A stretch of 64,000 nt of DNA from an uncultured Acidobacteriota bacterium (GCA_963843575.1 CAWJKZ010000014.1:608001-672000); one strand, 5' to 3'; shown: positions 19,966 to 29,459, counted from the first letter of the stretch. A program made the numbers and translations. The notes: generated by a model not told the origin, from the sequence alone.

Positions 19966-19984
19966 AGACAACTGGCAGTTGTCT
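19966..19984. promoter_or_regulatory. Perfect 19-bp palindrome, likely operator
   Basis: AGACAACTG-G-CAGTTGTCT, adjoining a minus-strand TTGAAC-N18-TAATAT promoter-like sequence. Confidence 0.6.
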
Positions 19985-20149
19985 CGTTGCACTGCGCCGG
20001 CGGCGTCGGAATCCGCTTGAGATTTCGTCGAGTCCCGTGCGGGGCCTTCGAGGTGGTTGGCGCCGGCTGGCTTCCCGCAAATGGGTGGTCAGGGATAAGG
20101 GATCGGCATCTTTCACCGGGCGACCCGGGCGACCCTTTCGATCACCCGG

Positions 20150-20743
20150 TCAATCGACCGGGCCTACGCGCGACATCGGCCAGTACCGGAACACCGCTTT
20201 GCCGTAGATCAGATCCCGCGAGACGAAACCCCAGTTCCGGCTGTCGTTACTGGAGTTCCTGTGGTCGCCCAGCACGAAGTACTCTCCGGCCGGAACTCTT
20301 TCTGTTCGCAGAGAATCATGGTCGCGGTACTCGGGCTTGAGGTACGGCTCGTCGACCTTCCGACCGTTGACGTATACCGATCCGTACCTGATCTCAAGCT
20401 CGTCGCCGGGGACGGCGACCACCCGCTTGATGAAGGACTTCGAGCGATCCCGGGGATACCAGAAGACGACGATGTCGCCGCGGTGGATGTCCGAGAACCG
20501 GTAAATGAAGCGGTTGACGAATATCCGCTCCTGGTCGACGAGCCTGGGGAGCATACTCGTGCCCTCGACCTTCACGGGCTGAATCACAAAAATGACGATG
20601 AAAATAGCCGTCGCAAAGGCGAACAGGATGTCGCGAAACCACGACTTCAGCTCCGCGAAGATTCTGTGGGGCATGCCTTTATCGTCAGCGTGAACAACCG
20701 GCTGAGGATCTGCCGGTTTTGCGCCAGTTTCGTCCATTGTCAA
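20150..20743 (-). CDS. lepB: Signal peptidase I
   Basis: VEGTSMLP (catalytic Ser), RGDIVVF, FIKRVVA (catalytic Lys), GDHRNSSNDSR. Confidence 0.95.
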   Translation of the reverse strand: MTMDETGAKPADPQPVVHADDKGMPHRIFAELKSWFRDILFAFATAIFIVIFVIQPVKVEGTSMLPRLVDQERIFVNRFIYRFSDIHRGDIVVFWYPRDRSKSFIKRVVAVPGDELEIRYGSVYVNGRKVDEPYLKPEYRDHDSLRTERVPAGEYFVLGDHRNSSNDSRNWGFVSRDLIYGKAVFRYWPMSRVGPVD

Positions 20744-20900
20744 AATACATCCGTAGTATGCCGGAAACCGCAGTGGGCTGTCTCAGAGCATTAAGCTAAC
20801 AAACGGCTCAGGGTAACTCAACACCTTTGTAAGTGCCGGGCCACACCTTAATACCGGATCCGCGGGCAAAAGGTTCACCGCTGGCCGGGCGACGTCTCCG

Positions 20901-20928
20901 TTGATTTTCGGGGCGTAGTTGTTATAAT
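20901..20928 (+). promoter_or_regulatory. Sigma70 promoter with extended -10
   Basis: TTGATT-N16-TATAAT, with TG immediately upstream of the -10 (TGTTATAAT). Confidence 0.7.
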
Positions 20929-21126
20929 GCCCTGTTGCCTTCCGGCGGCAGGTGCAATCAGTGCCCTAACCAGCTAGATAGCAAACACTTAAAGTTGGGC
21001 GCGTCGGTCCGATGCACCCTCGGGTACTGCGCAGCCGCCTGCTCGTCCAGGAGCCGGGGCCGCAACTCATGCGGGAGGAGAAGACCGGCGGTTGCCGCCC
21101 GCTCTCATGGACGGAATAAGGCAGAC

Positions 21127-22467
21127 ATGGACATCGTCGTACTCAGCGCGTCCCGCCAGAAGAACTGCACTCTCAAGGATGTCGCCGGCGGATTCGGAAC
21201 CGTTTTCACGGTTGGGAACTCCCCGTTCGCCCGTCTCCTCGAAGTGGCCAAGCGGCGCATAGCGGCCGTCCCCAACATCACTCTCGCATACCTCGACTCG
21301 ATCCTGACCGCCAACGGGGCGCGCGTCCGGGTTCTGGACGTGCGGCGGATGGACCAACTGGTGCCGGCCGACCTGTATTTGATCGCGTCCTCGATGGTCG
21401 ACTGCCGCTTCGAGCACGAGATCGGCCTGCAGGCAAGACGGCGGTTTGGCTGCAAGGTCGGTTACTTCGGGACATTTGCGGCGGCGGTCCCCGATTACTA
21501 CGAGGAGGCAGCCGACTTCATCGTCCGGGACGAAATCGAAAACATTGCGCCCAACCTGGCGCGGGGAGAAATGCCGTCCGGAGTCGTGTCGGCCGGCTAT
21601 GTCGGGGACCTGAATGCCCTCCCCTTTCCCAGTTGGGACCAGTTCAACACGTCCAGGTTCAGGTACCAGATCATAACCAACAAGGGGATCACGCTTCCGA
21701 TGCTCGGCAGCCGCGGGTGCCCCTACACTTGCAACTACTGCCCTTACCTGGTCAACTCCAAATACCGGATGAGGACGCCGGCAAACATCGTTGATGAGAT
21801 CGAGTACCTCGTCAGGAAGTACCGGATACGCGGGATCACCTTCAGGGATCCGAACCTCACCTTCGACAAGGCGCGCGCCCACGAATTTGCGGAACTGATC
21901 CTGCGGAAGAGACTGAACGTGCGGTGGGGCATGGAGGCCCGAACGGACCGGCTGGACAAGGATCTGATCGAGCTCCTCCATCGTTCGGGACTGAGGAGCG
22001 TCGAAGTGGGTGTTGAGTCCGCGAACGAGAACACACTGCGGGAAAACCTGAGAAAGGCGATTCCCAAGCCGCACCAGGAACGCGTCATCGATCACTGCCA
22101 CCGGCTCGGCATCAGGGTTATCGCCAACTACACCTTCGGGCTGCTCAGCGACACTGCCGAAGGCATACACGAAACCATCCGGTACGCGAAGAAGCTCAAC
22201 ACGTTTGCCATACAATTCACCGTGACGACCCCGTATCCCGGGACGCAGTTCTATGACAAGGTCAAACACCTCATCTTCGATTCCGATTGGGAGCATTTCA
22301 ACGGCTGGACGAGCGTCTTCCGCCATCCCTCGATCCCGTCCGGGGAGCTACACCGGTTGCGCGAGTTCGCCTATGTCTCTTATCACCTGCGCCCGCGATA
22401 TGTCTGGCGTTTTCTGAAATCGACCGTGCTGCACGGGCTGTTCTTCCCCGAACCCGAAGTGAGCTGA
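21127..22467 (+). CDS. B12-binding-domain radical SAM protein
   Basis: SRGCPYTCNYC CX3CX2C motif, GVESAN, TPYPGT; N-terminal cobalamin-binding-like region; LNALPFPSWD linker. Confidence 0.88.
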   Translation: MDIVVLSASRQKNCTLKDVAGGFGTVFTVGNSPFARLLEVAKRRIAAVPNITLAYLDSILTANGARVRVLDVRRMDQLVPADLYLIASSMVDCRFEHEIGLQARRRFGCKVGYFGTFAAAVPDYYEEAADFIVRDEIENIAPNLARGEMPSGVVSAGYVGDLNALPFPSWDQFNTSRFRYQIITNKGITLPMLGSRGCPYTCNYCPYLVNSKYRMRTPANIVDEIEYLVRKYRIRGITFRDPNLTFDKARAHEFAELILRKRLNVRWGMEARTDRLDKDLIELLHRSGLRSVEVGVESANENTLRENLRKAIPKPHQERVIDHCHRLGIRVIANYTFGLLSDTAEGIHETIRYAKKLNTFAIQFTVTTPYPGTQFYDKVKHLIFDSDWEHFNGWTSVFRHPSIPSGELHRLREFAYVSYHLRPRYVWRFLKSTVLHGLFFPEPEVS

Positions 22468-22491
22468 AGCACGGAATGCGTCGGGATTCCG

Positions 22492-23421
22492 ATGTCTGGT
22501 CAAGCGACCCCGTTCGTGACCGCCGCCCTGTGGCTGGTCGTCGGTGCGCTCCTCGGCTGGGGCGCGTCTCCGTCGCCGGTCTTCGTGACCGCCAGCTTCC
22601 AGGACCGGAACGGCCTGTTTCTGGAAAACCTCTCCAAGGCCGACCTCCAGGTTTTCGAAGACGGCACCCCCCGCCCGATCGAGTTCCTCGCCATGAACGA
22701 GCTCCAAGTCGCGTACGGGATCATCTTCGAACGCGGCCTGATTGAGGACGAGCATTGGCAGGACAGGAGGGCCGACACGCGCCGGTTGCCAGGCATCCAA
22801 TCCGCGCAGGAAATCGCCTATGAGCTGATCGATAAAAGCCTCGGGCAGCAGGCCGTCTGGGTCGGGGCATACGACGAGGAGCTCGAGGTGGTTCTCGAGC
22901 CGACCGCCGACGGCTTTCGCGCCAAAGACGCGATCCACCGCATCCGCGGGGCCGGGCGAGTCCAGTCGTTCCTCTACTCCGCGCTGTTTGCCGCCGTGCA
23001 GAAGATGTCCGAGCGTCCGGAACGACGCCGCGTCCTCATCGTTCTCCTCGACCAGGTCGATGCCAGGACCGCCGACAAAGTCCAGCCACTGAAAAATCTC
23101 CTCGCCGCCTCCAACGTCGAAGTGTTCACCATCAGCTTCGGGTCGCGGACCGGCACCGGCAGAGACGGGATGTCTTCCGTCCTGAGTCAGGCCGCCGCGC
23201 GGGACCTCGCCAGGGCGACCTGCGGGGAGGCCTTCTTCGCGGCGGACTACCGGGAGCACCTGGACGACATCTCACGCCGGCTCCTCAGTCAGATCCGGAC
23301 CTTTTACACGATCGGGTATCAATCCGAAGCGGCCCCGGACAAAGGCGCCAAGCTCACCATCCGCTGCGCTGTGCCGGGATCGAGGGCAAAGCACCATCCC
23401 GCAGTCCCCGTACTGCATTAA
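22492..23421 (+). CDS. Secreted VWA-domain (acidobacterial VWFA-related) protein
   Basis: Signal peptide; DRNGLFLENLSKADLQVFEDG, LYSALF, RRRVLIVL, LARATCG, YTIGY. MIDAS motif is degenerate. Confidence 0.75.
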   Translation: MSGQATPFVTAALWLVVGALLGWGASPSPVFVTASFQDRNGLFLENLSKADLQVFEDGTPRPIEFLAMNELQVAYGIIFERGLIEDEHWQDRRADTRRLPGIQSAQEIAYELIDKSLGQQAVWVGAYDEELEVVLEPTADGFRAKDAIHRIRGAGRVQSFLYSALFAAVQKMSERPERRRVLIVLLDQVDARTADKVQPLKNLLAASNVEVFTISFGSRTGTGRDGMSSVLSQAAARDLARATCGEAFFAADYREHLDDISRRLLSQIRTFYTIGYQSEAAPDKGAKLTIRCAVPGSRAKHHPAVPVLH

Positions 23422-23539
23422 TTCAGAAGCCGGTGCGCCGGGCATTATTGCCGTCGCCCGCGGCTTTGCCGCCGCACGCCCGCTCCAGTAATGTTTGGCC
23501 CCCGTGAGACGATAAGGGATTCAGTCCTGGAAGAGGTTT

Positions 23540-24751
23540 ATGGCGGGGAAGCATCAAAAGTTCTGGACGTTTGGCGGGGGCAAGGGGGGGGTCGGCAAGA
23601 GCTTCCTGACGGCGTCAATCGGGGTGGTGCTCGCCCGCATGGGCAAGTCCGTGATCGCGGTGGACGCGGACCTCGGTTCGGCCAACCTCCACACGTACCT
23701 GGGGATCAAGAGTCCCAGCCACACCCTCACCGACCTGCTGCAGCATCGCGCTTCAGTCGATCAGATCCTGCTGCCGACGCCCGTTGCGGGGCTGCGCATC
23801 ATCAGCTGCGCCGGCGATATCCTCGGAATGGCCAACCCGTTGTTCGGCGAAAAAGAAAGGATGATGAGCGTCATCTCCGATCTGGATGCCGACTACGTCC
23901 TGGTCGACCTGGGGGCCGGAACGTCATTCAATGTGCTGGATTTCTTCAATATGTCCGACGAAGGCATCGTGATCGTCTCGCCCGATCCCGCGTCGATGCA
24001 GAACGCCTATGCCTTCATCAAGAGCGCCATCTACCGGCGCATTCAGCGGCAGCTCGGGAACAACGAGGCCGTGGTCATGGCCCTGAAGCAGTCTCGCGAG
24101 ATGCCGCCGAACAAACCTCGCAGGATGGTCGATTTTTACGACCTGCTTTGCACATCGGACCCGAGAGCGGCCGAGGCGGTGGCGACACTCGTCGATGGCT
24201 ACCGGCCGATGATGATCGTCAACATGGCCGGCGCCGAGCAGGACCAGCGCGTGGCCGAGATACTTCAATCGGCGTCGAAGACTTTCCTGAACGTGGACAT
24301 CCGCTTCTGCGGCTTGGTCGCGTCCGATCCCGCCGTGCGGCGGGCATGCCAGCGCATGACGGTCCTGAACTTCGACGCCCCCGGCTGCGTCGCGGCGCAG
24401 CAGATCCGCAAGGCAGCGGAACGCCTGCTGAATTACTCGGAGCGCCGGCCCCAGGAAGACGGGAACGAGCGCCCGGTGCCCGGCACGCCGACGATGGGGC
24501 TGAACGACAACCTCGACTTCCTGGGGCGGCAGCTGCACATCCAGACCGAGGACCTCGGCTACACCGGCCGCTGCATCCAGACCCAGGTGTTTTGCGACGG
24601 CCGCGTTCTGCTCTCGACCAAGTCGGAGTATCCCGCTTCGGTGCAGCAACAGGCTGACCGCAGCCAACTGGTCGAGCTTATGCACAAACAGCACTACAAC
24701 GTCATCCGCGAGCTGGAGAGCAAGAAAGTCCGGATTCTCCGGCCCGCGTGA
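23540..24751 (+). CDS. MinD/FlhG-family ATPase with extra C-terminal (putatively RomY-like) domain
   Basis: Deviant Walker A GGKGGVGKS, VDADLGSANLH, DLGAGTS, PDPASMQNAY; C-terminal GLNDN...HIQTED...MHKQH domain. Confidence 0.85.
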   Translation: MAGKHQKFWTFGGGKGGVGKSFLTASIGVVLARMGKSVIAVDADLGSANLHTYLGIKSPSHTLTDLLQHRASVDQILLPTPVAGLRIISCAGDILGMANPLFGEKERMMSVISDLDADYVLVDLGAGTSFNVLDFFNMSDEGIVIVSPDPASMQNAYAFIKSAIYRRIQRQLGNNEAVVMALKQSREMPPNKPRRMVDFYDLLCTSDPRAAEAVATLVDGYRPMMIVNMAGAEQDQRVAEILQSASKTFLNVDIRFCGLVASDPAVRRACQRMTVLNFDAPGCVAAQQIRKAAERLLNYSERRPQEDGNERPVPGTPTMGLNDNLDFLGRQLHIQTEDLGYTGRCIQTQVFCDGRVLLSTKSEYPASVQQQADRSQLVELMHKQHYNVIRELESKKVRILRPA

Positions 24752-24770
24752 CCCGACGCCCGGATTGCCC

Positions 24771-25877
24771 ATGTCCAACAGCATTCCCCCGACGATACTG
24801 ATCGTAGACGACGAGCCGCACATTCGGGAAATTCTCGCCCACAACCTCTCTGGCAAATATGGGAAGTGTGTCATTTCGCACAGCGCCTTCGACGCCCTGA
24901 ACAAGGTAAAACACAACCTGTTTTCACTCGTGATCACCGACATCATGATGCCGGGCATGTCCGGAATGGAGCTGCTGCGCTTCGTCAAGAAGCACAGCCC
25001 CGACACGGCCGTCATCATGATCACGGGGGTGATGGACATCTCGGCGGCGGTGGACTCCCTGCGCAGCGGCGCGTGCGACTTCATCACGAAGCCGTTCGAC
25101 CTGCTCTCGCTGCGCCGCGCCGTCGACGGGGCCCTGGAACGGCGCCAGCTCCAACTGGAAAACCGTCACTACCAGGAGGAGCTCGAGAGAAAGGTCGAGG
25201 AGCGCTCGATCGAACTGAAAGCCGCGCTTCACGACGTCGAAGAGAGCTACCGGATGACACTGGAGGCGCTGGTCAGCGCGTTGGACGCACGCGAACACGA
25301 GACCCAGGCCCACTCCCAGCGGGTGCGTGCCTACACGCTCGCACTGGCGCAGCGGATCGGGTTCCCGCCCGACGAACTCGTGAACATCGGGCGCGGCGCA
25401 CTCCTGCACGATGTCGGGAAAATGGGGGTACCCGATTCGATCCTGCTGAAACCGGGCCGGCTCACGGCCGAAGAGTGGTGCGAAATGCGCCGCCACCCCT
25501 CCATCGGCTACGACATCCTGCGCAACATCAGTTTCCTGGCCCCGGCCGCGGAGATCGTCCTGTGTCACCAGGAGCGGTGGGACGGCACAGGGTATCCGGG
25601 GCAACTCGGCGAAGCGGACATCCCCCTCGGGGCACGCATCTTCGCGGTGGCCGACACGTTGGATGCCATGACGAGCCACCGCCCCTACCGGAAGGCGATG
25701 TCCTTCCAGACCGCCGCGGAGGAAGTCCGGCGCTGCGCCGGGACGCAGTTCGATCCGTACGTCGTCGAAGCCTTCCTGAGCGTGTCGCTTGACTTCTGGG
25801 AAAGCATTCATGAGGACGTTGCCCGCACAGCCCGGGCGGACGGATGCTACAATGTGATATGCCGCAAGCAAGGGTAG
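24771..25877 (+). CDS. Response regulator with HD-GYP c-di-GMP phosphodiesterase domain (RpfG-like)
   Basis: LIVDDE, TDIMMPG, KPF receiver; HDVGK, HQERWDGTGYP, RPYRKA. Confidence 0.93.
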   Translation: MSNSIPPTILIVDDEPHIREILAHNLSGKYGKCVISHSAFDALNKVKHNLFSLVITDIMMPGMSGMELLRFVKKHSPDTAVIMITGVMDISAAVDSLRSGACDFITKPFDLLSLRRAVDGALERRQLQLENRHYQEELERKVEERSIELKAALHDVEESYRMTLEALVSALDAREHETQAHSQRVRAYTLALAQRIGFPPDELVNIGRGALLHDVGKMGVPDSILLKPGRLTAEEWCEMRRHPSIGYDILRNISFLAPAAEIVLCHQERWDGTGYPGQLGEADIPLGARIFAVADTLDAMTSHRPYRKAMSFQTAAEEVRRCAGTQFDPYVVEAFLSVSLDFWESIHEDVARTARADGCYNVICRKQG

Positions 25878-26800
25878 TCCCGATCAACCATTCGCAGCGC
25901 GAGTCGATCCGAGCCCTGATGCTCGAGGAGGAGGCGGCGTGGTTGGAGGACTTGTCCTGGGACTACGCGCCGATCCGGCAGATCCTCTTCTCTTTTCTCG
26001 AACAAGACCTCCTTCCCGGGTATGTTGCCCTGGACGGGAATCGTCCCCTCAGCTACAGCTACTATCTCTCGCACAATCGGAAAGGGATTGTCGGCGCACT
26101 ATACGCCGCGAGGGCCGAGCACGCGCAGGAAGTCGCGCTCGACGTCCTCGGCCGGGTGCTGGAATCGCTGAAGGGACCCGAGACGGCGCGGCGCATCGAA
26201 GCCCAGCTCATGCCGTTTCACCACCTCAACCCGACGCCGGCATTCACCCGCTTCGGATTTCAGCACTACACCCGCTACTTCGTCGAACTGCAGCTCGATC
26301 AGTCGGAGTGGCACCGCGCCCAACCCCGCTCCGGGCACATCGCACCCTGGGATTCGGCCTTCCTCCGGTTGGCGGCCGACGTCGCCTTCAGGAGCTACCA
26401 GGACCAGATGGATGCCCTGATCTGCGAGGACTACTGCTCGACGGCGGGATGCGAGGGGTACCTGCGCAGCCTGGTCGAGAATCCCGGGTGCGGCGTTTTC
26501 GTTCCTGGCGCTTCGTTCCTGGCGCTGGACGGTCGCGGCCTGCCTTGTGGCTTCATCATTGGCTCCCGGATATCTGCAGGCGCCGGGATGATTCCGCAGG
26601 TTGCCATGCTCCCCTCGTTCCAGGGTCAGGGTCTCGGCAACGCCCTCATGCGCCACGCTCTGTTTGCGTTCAAGGCGCTCGGATACCGTACCGTGAGCCT
26701 CACGGTGACCAAGAAAAACCGCCGCGCCTTCGAATGGTACCAGCGCCTAGGATTCAAGCTGCGCAAGGAATTCGGGGCATACGTGTGGAACCGGGGCTGA
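25844..26800 (+). CDS. Tandem GNAT N-acetyltransferase
   Basis: FQGQGLG acetyl-CoA motif, LTVTKKN, WYQRLGF; degenerate N-terminal GNAT domain. Confidence 0.85.
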   Translation: MLQCDMPQARVVPINHSQRESIRALMLEEEAAWLEDLSWDYAPIRQILFSFLEQDLLPGYVALDGNRPLSYSYYLSHNRKGIVGALYAARAEHAQEVALDVLGRVLESLKGPETARRIEAQLMPFHHLNPTPAFTRFGFQHYTRYFVELQLDQSEWHRAQPRSGHIAPWDSAFLRLAADVAFRSYQDQMDALICEDYCSTAGCEGYLRSLVENPGCGVFVPGASFLALDGRGLPCGFIIGSRISAGAGMIPQVAMLPSFQGQGLGNALMRHALFAFKALGYRTVSLTVTKKNRRAFEWYQRLGFKLRKEFGAYVWNRG

Positions 26801-26801
26801 G

Positions 26802-27620
26802 CTACTTCGGCTCGAGCTCCGCATAGCGGGGATCCAGGACGACCACATCGACGCGGCGGTTTTTCGACCTTCCCTCCTCCGTGTCGTTGGTCGCCACGGG
26901 CCGGTATTCGGCATAGCCGGCGGCGGACATGCTGTCCGGGGAAAGGCCGAACTGAGTCACCAGGTAGGCCACGATCGCCGTGGCCCTCGCGGTGGAGAGC
27001 TCCCAGTTGGAAGGGAAACGGGAGTTGCGGATCGGCACGTTGTCGGTGTGACCCTCGATCCGAATGTGATTCTGTGCCGAGGTCAGTCCGGTCGCGATGG
27101 CGTCGAGGAGTCTGCGCCCCTCGGGCTTGATCTGGTCGCATCCCGAATCGAAAAAGCCGCCCTCCCCAAGGCTGATGATCAGGCCCCGCCCCTCCAACCG
27201 GGTCCGGACCATGGCGTTACGCAGCGCCTCCGGCCCCACCAGCGACTCGATGCTGCGCTTGAGCGCGCCCAGCGCGCCCCCCGGCTTTCCCCCAGGCCCG
27301 GGAGAAAAACCCGCCCGCAGCGCGTGGTCCCGCAGCGCTCCTTCCTTCGAAACGGTTATGGTGGCGGCAGCCTCTTTCCCTCCCTCCTTGCCGTTCCCCT
27401 CGCCTTTGCTCAACGAGAGCGTGCTGCTGCCGGTTTCGAACATGGTGCTGTCGAAGGAAGCCCTCATGGACTGGACCATCTTCCCCATTTTTTGTGCGTC
27501 CACGGTCGAGATGGCGTAGAGCGTGGTAAAAAAAGCGAAGAGGAGAGTGATGAAATCGGCGTAGGAGACAAGCCAGCGCTCGTGGTTCACGTGCTCCGGC
27601 GCTTTCTTCCTGCGGCCCAT
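26802..27620 (-). CDS. motB: Flagellar stator MotB
   Basis: WLVSYADFITLL TM with conserved Asp; OmpA-like domain GHTD, NWELS, NRRV. Confidence 0.95.
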   Translation of the reverse strand: MGRRKKAPEHVNHERWLVSYADFITLLFAFFTTLYAISTVDAQKMGKMVQSMRASFDSTMFETGSSTLSLSKGEGNGKEGGKEAAATITVSKEGALRDHALRAGFSPGPGGKPGGALGALKRSIESLVGPEALRNAMVRTRLEGRGLIISLGEGGFFDSGCDQIKPEGRRLLDAIATGLTSAQNHIRIEGHTDNVPIRNSRFPSNWELSTARATAIVAYLVTQFGLSPDSMSAAGYAEYRPVATNDTEEGRSKNRRVDVVVLDPRYAELEPK

Positions 27621-27647
27621 GCTGGACTCCCACTCGAGGACTGGACG

Positions 27648-28445
27648 TTACGCGGCTTTCTTGTGCGCCGACTCCGCCGCGGCGGCGGCCTCCTCCTGTT
27701 CCTTCCGGCTGAGGAAGCTCTTGAGCTTGTCCTCGATGAGGCGTGGATTCTCCCCTTCCAGGATGGAGATGACCCCGATGAGCATGATCTCCTTGGCGAC
27801 CATCAGGGAGCGCGTCTTCTGCTTGAGCTTGCCCGAGATCGGGAGGTAGAACACGTTCGCGGTGACCAACCCATACACGGTGGCGACGAAAGCCACAGCG
27901 ATGCCGCTGCCGAGTTTGCTGGGGTCGCTCAGGTTCTCCATCACGTGGATCAACCCGAGCACGGCGCCGATGATGCCGATGGTGGGCGAGTAGCCGCCCG
28001 CAGACTCCCAGAACTTGATGGGGTGCTCGGCTTCGTCCTCGATGTTGGAGATCTCCATCTCCATCGTCTCCCGGAGGATTTTCGGTTCCACCCCGTCGAC
28101 CGCCATCGTGAGTGCTTTCCTGAGGAACGGGTCGGTGGATTCCTGCATCTCCGCCTCGAGCGAGATGATCCCCTCCTTGCGGGCTTTCATGGCGAACCGG
28201 ATGATCTCGGCGATCACTTCCCTGTTGTTCACCTTCCGGTCCAGGAATGCCTGCTGCACGGCTTTGAAGCTCCGGACCACCACGGGGAGGGGAAACTGAA
28301 CCAGGCACGCTCCGAAGGTCCCACCGATCACGATGATAGCCGCCGTCGGTTGGAGGAGCGAGTGGACGTTGCCCCCCTCGAGCGCCTGGCCGCCAAGGAT
28401 GGCGCCTAACGCCAGCAGAATCCCGAGAATGGTAGCCAGATCCAT
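27648..28445 (-). CDS. motA: Flagellar stator MotA
   Basis: ARKEGIISLE, GGYSPTIGIIGAVLGLI, AVAFVATVYG, GENP. Confidence 0.95.
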   Translation of the reverse strand: MDLATILGILLALGAILGGQALEGGNVHSLLQPTAAIIVIGGTFGACLVQFPLPVVVRSFKAVQQAFLDRKVNNREVIAEIIRFAMKARKEGIISLEAEMQESTDPFLRKALTMAVDGVEPKILRETMEMEISNIEDEAEHPIKFWESAGGYSPTIGIIGAVLGLIHVMENLSDPSKLGSGIAVAFVATVYGLVTANVFYLPISGKLKQKTRSLMVAKEIMLIGVISILEGENPRLIEDKLKSFLSRKEQEEAAAAAESAHKKAA

Positions 28446-28459
28446 CGTTGCTCCCCGAA

Positions 28460-28696
28460 TCAGTCTGCCGCGTCGCCTGCCGGCACGCGCCGGATGTTTC
28501 TTTCCGCCTCCACAAGTCCGGCGACGGTCTTGCGGTACGCCACGATCTTCTGGATGATGTCGGCCATCGACTGCTGGACGACGACCTTGTCGCCGGTCGT
28601 CAGGGTGATGACGGAGTCCGGCGTCTCCTCGATGTACTCGATCAGATCGCAGTTGACCGCGATCGGGGCCTTGTTGATCTTCGTCAGCAGTATCAT
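28460..28696 (-). CDS. flbD: Flagellar FlbD family protein
   Basis: MILLTKIN...NCDLIEYIEETPDSVITLTTG; located upstream of motA. Confidence 0.88.
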   Translation of the reverse strand: MILLTKINKAPIAVNCDLIEYIEETPDSVITLTTGDKVVVQQSMADIIQKIVAYRKTVAGLVEAERNIRRVPAGDAAD

Positions 28697-28742
28697 ACGG
28701 TCATGGGCGTTTGAACCCGTCGGGCATATCGGCAACCGAGCC

Positions 28743-29459
28743 TCATCGCCTTAGGCTCGAGGCGGCGGCCGCCTGCAGGTACCTGGCCAGCGGCACGGGG
28801 GACCGTGCCTCGGGCACGCGCTGGATCAGCTCTTCGACCGCGATAAAGTCCTCCGGCGTGTCCACCGTGATGCGCAGTTCCGGCTGCCGCATCGCGTCCG
28901 GGGGTGCCAGGAGCGCGAACCGGAAGCGCTCCGGGTGGTGCTTCACATACAGGGTCACGTGCTCGCGGTGATGTGCAAGAGTCGCCTCGCGTTCGACCCT
29001 CGTCAGTGCCTCCGCCGTAATGGCCTCGGTCGCGGCGCCAACCGGCAGATCGGCTTCCATGCAGTAATCGAGCTTGCTCGTGCGGACGGCCCGGACGATG
29101 CGGTCGGCAGACCCGAAATCGACGAGCGGGTTGTCCGCGGTGGCCCGGATGATGATGCCCGGTCCGAACCGCTCGGAAGCCTGCTGGTACCGCTTCAGGA
29201 CGTCCAGCGACGGGCCCCGGTGCACCCGTGTCCCGAGGCGCTCGCATTCCCTCTCGACGGCGTCGTCCTCCTCCAGCGTTGTGGTCAGCACGATCACCTC
29301 GTCCACCGTCCGAGCGGCGCCCAGACGCCAGATGGCCCGTTCGAGGAGTGAGCGCCCCTGTATGCGCAGCAGCACCTTTCCGGGAAGCCGCGTGCTTCCC
29401 ATCCTGGCCTGCAGATACGCATGAACTGTCCCGGGCAACGGGGGTCCTCCCCTTGGCAT
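28743..29459 (-). CDS. SpsF/PseF-type cytidylyltransferase (CMP-nonulosonate synthetase family)
   Basis: QARMGSTRLPGKVL, DVLKRY, RATADNP, HREHVT, RITVDTPED. Confidence 0.88.
   Translation of the reverse strand: MPRGGPPLPGTVHAYLQARMGSTRLPGKVLLRIQGRSLLERAIWRLGAARTVDEVIVLTTTLEEDDAVERECERLGTRVHRGPSLDVLKRYQQASERFGPGIIIRATADNPLVDFGSADRIVRAVRTSKLDYCMEADLPVGAATEAITAEALTRVEREATLAHHREHVTLYVKHHPERFRFALLAPPDAMRQPELRITVDTPEDFIAVEELIQRVPEARSPVPLARYLQAAAASSLRR

Noticed and set aside
25844-26800. GNAT as the missing PseH sugar acetyltransferase
   Set aside because: It is a tandem RimI-like architecture in a different, convergent operon; no PseH-specific support.
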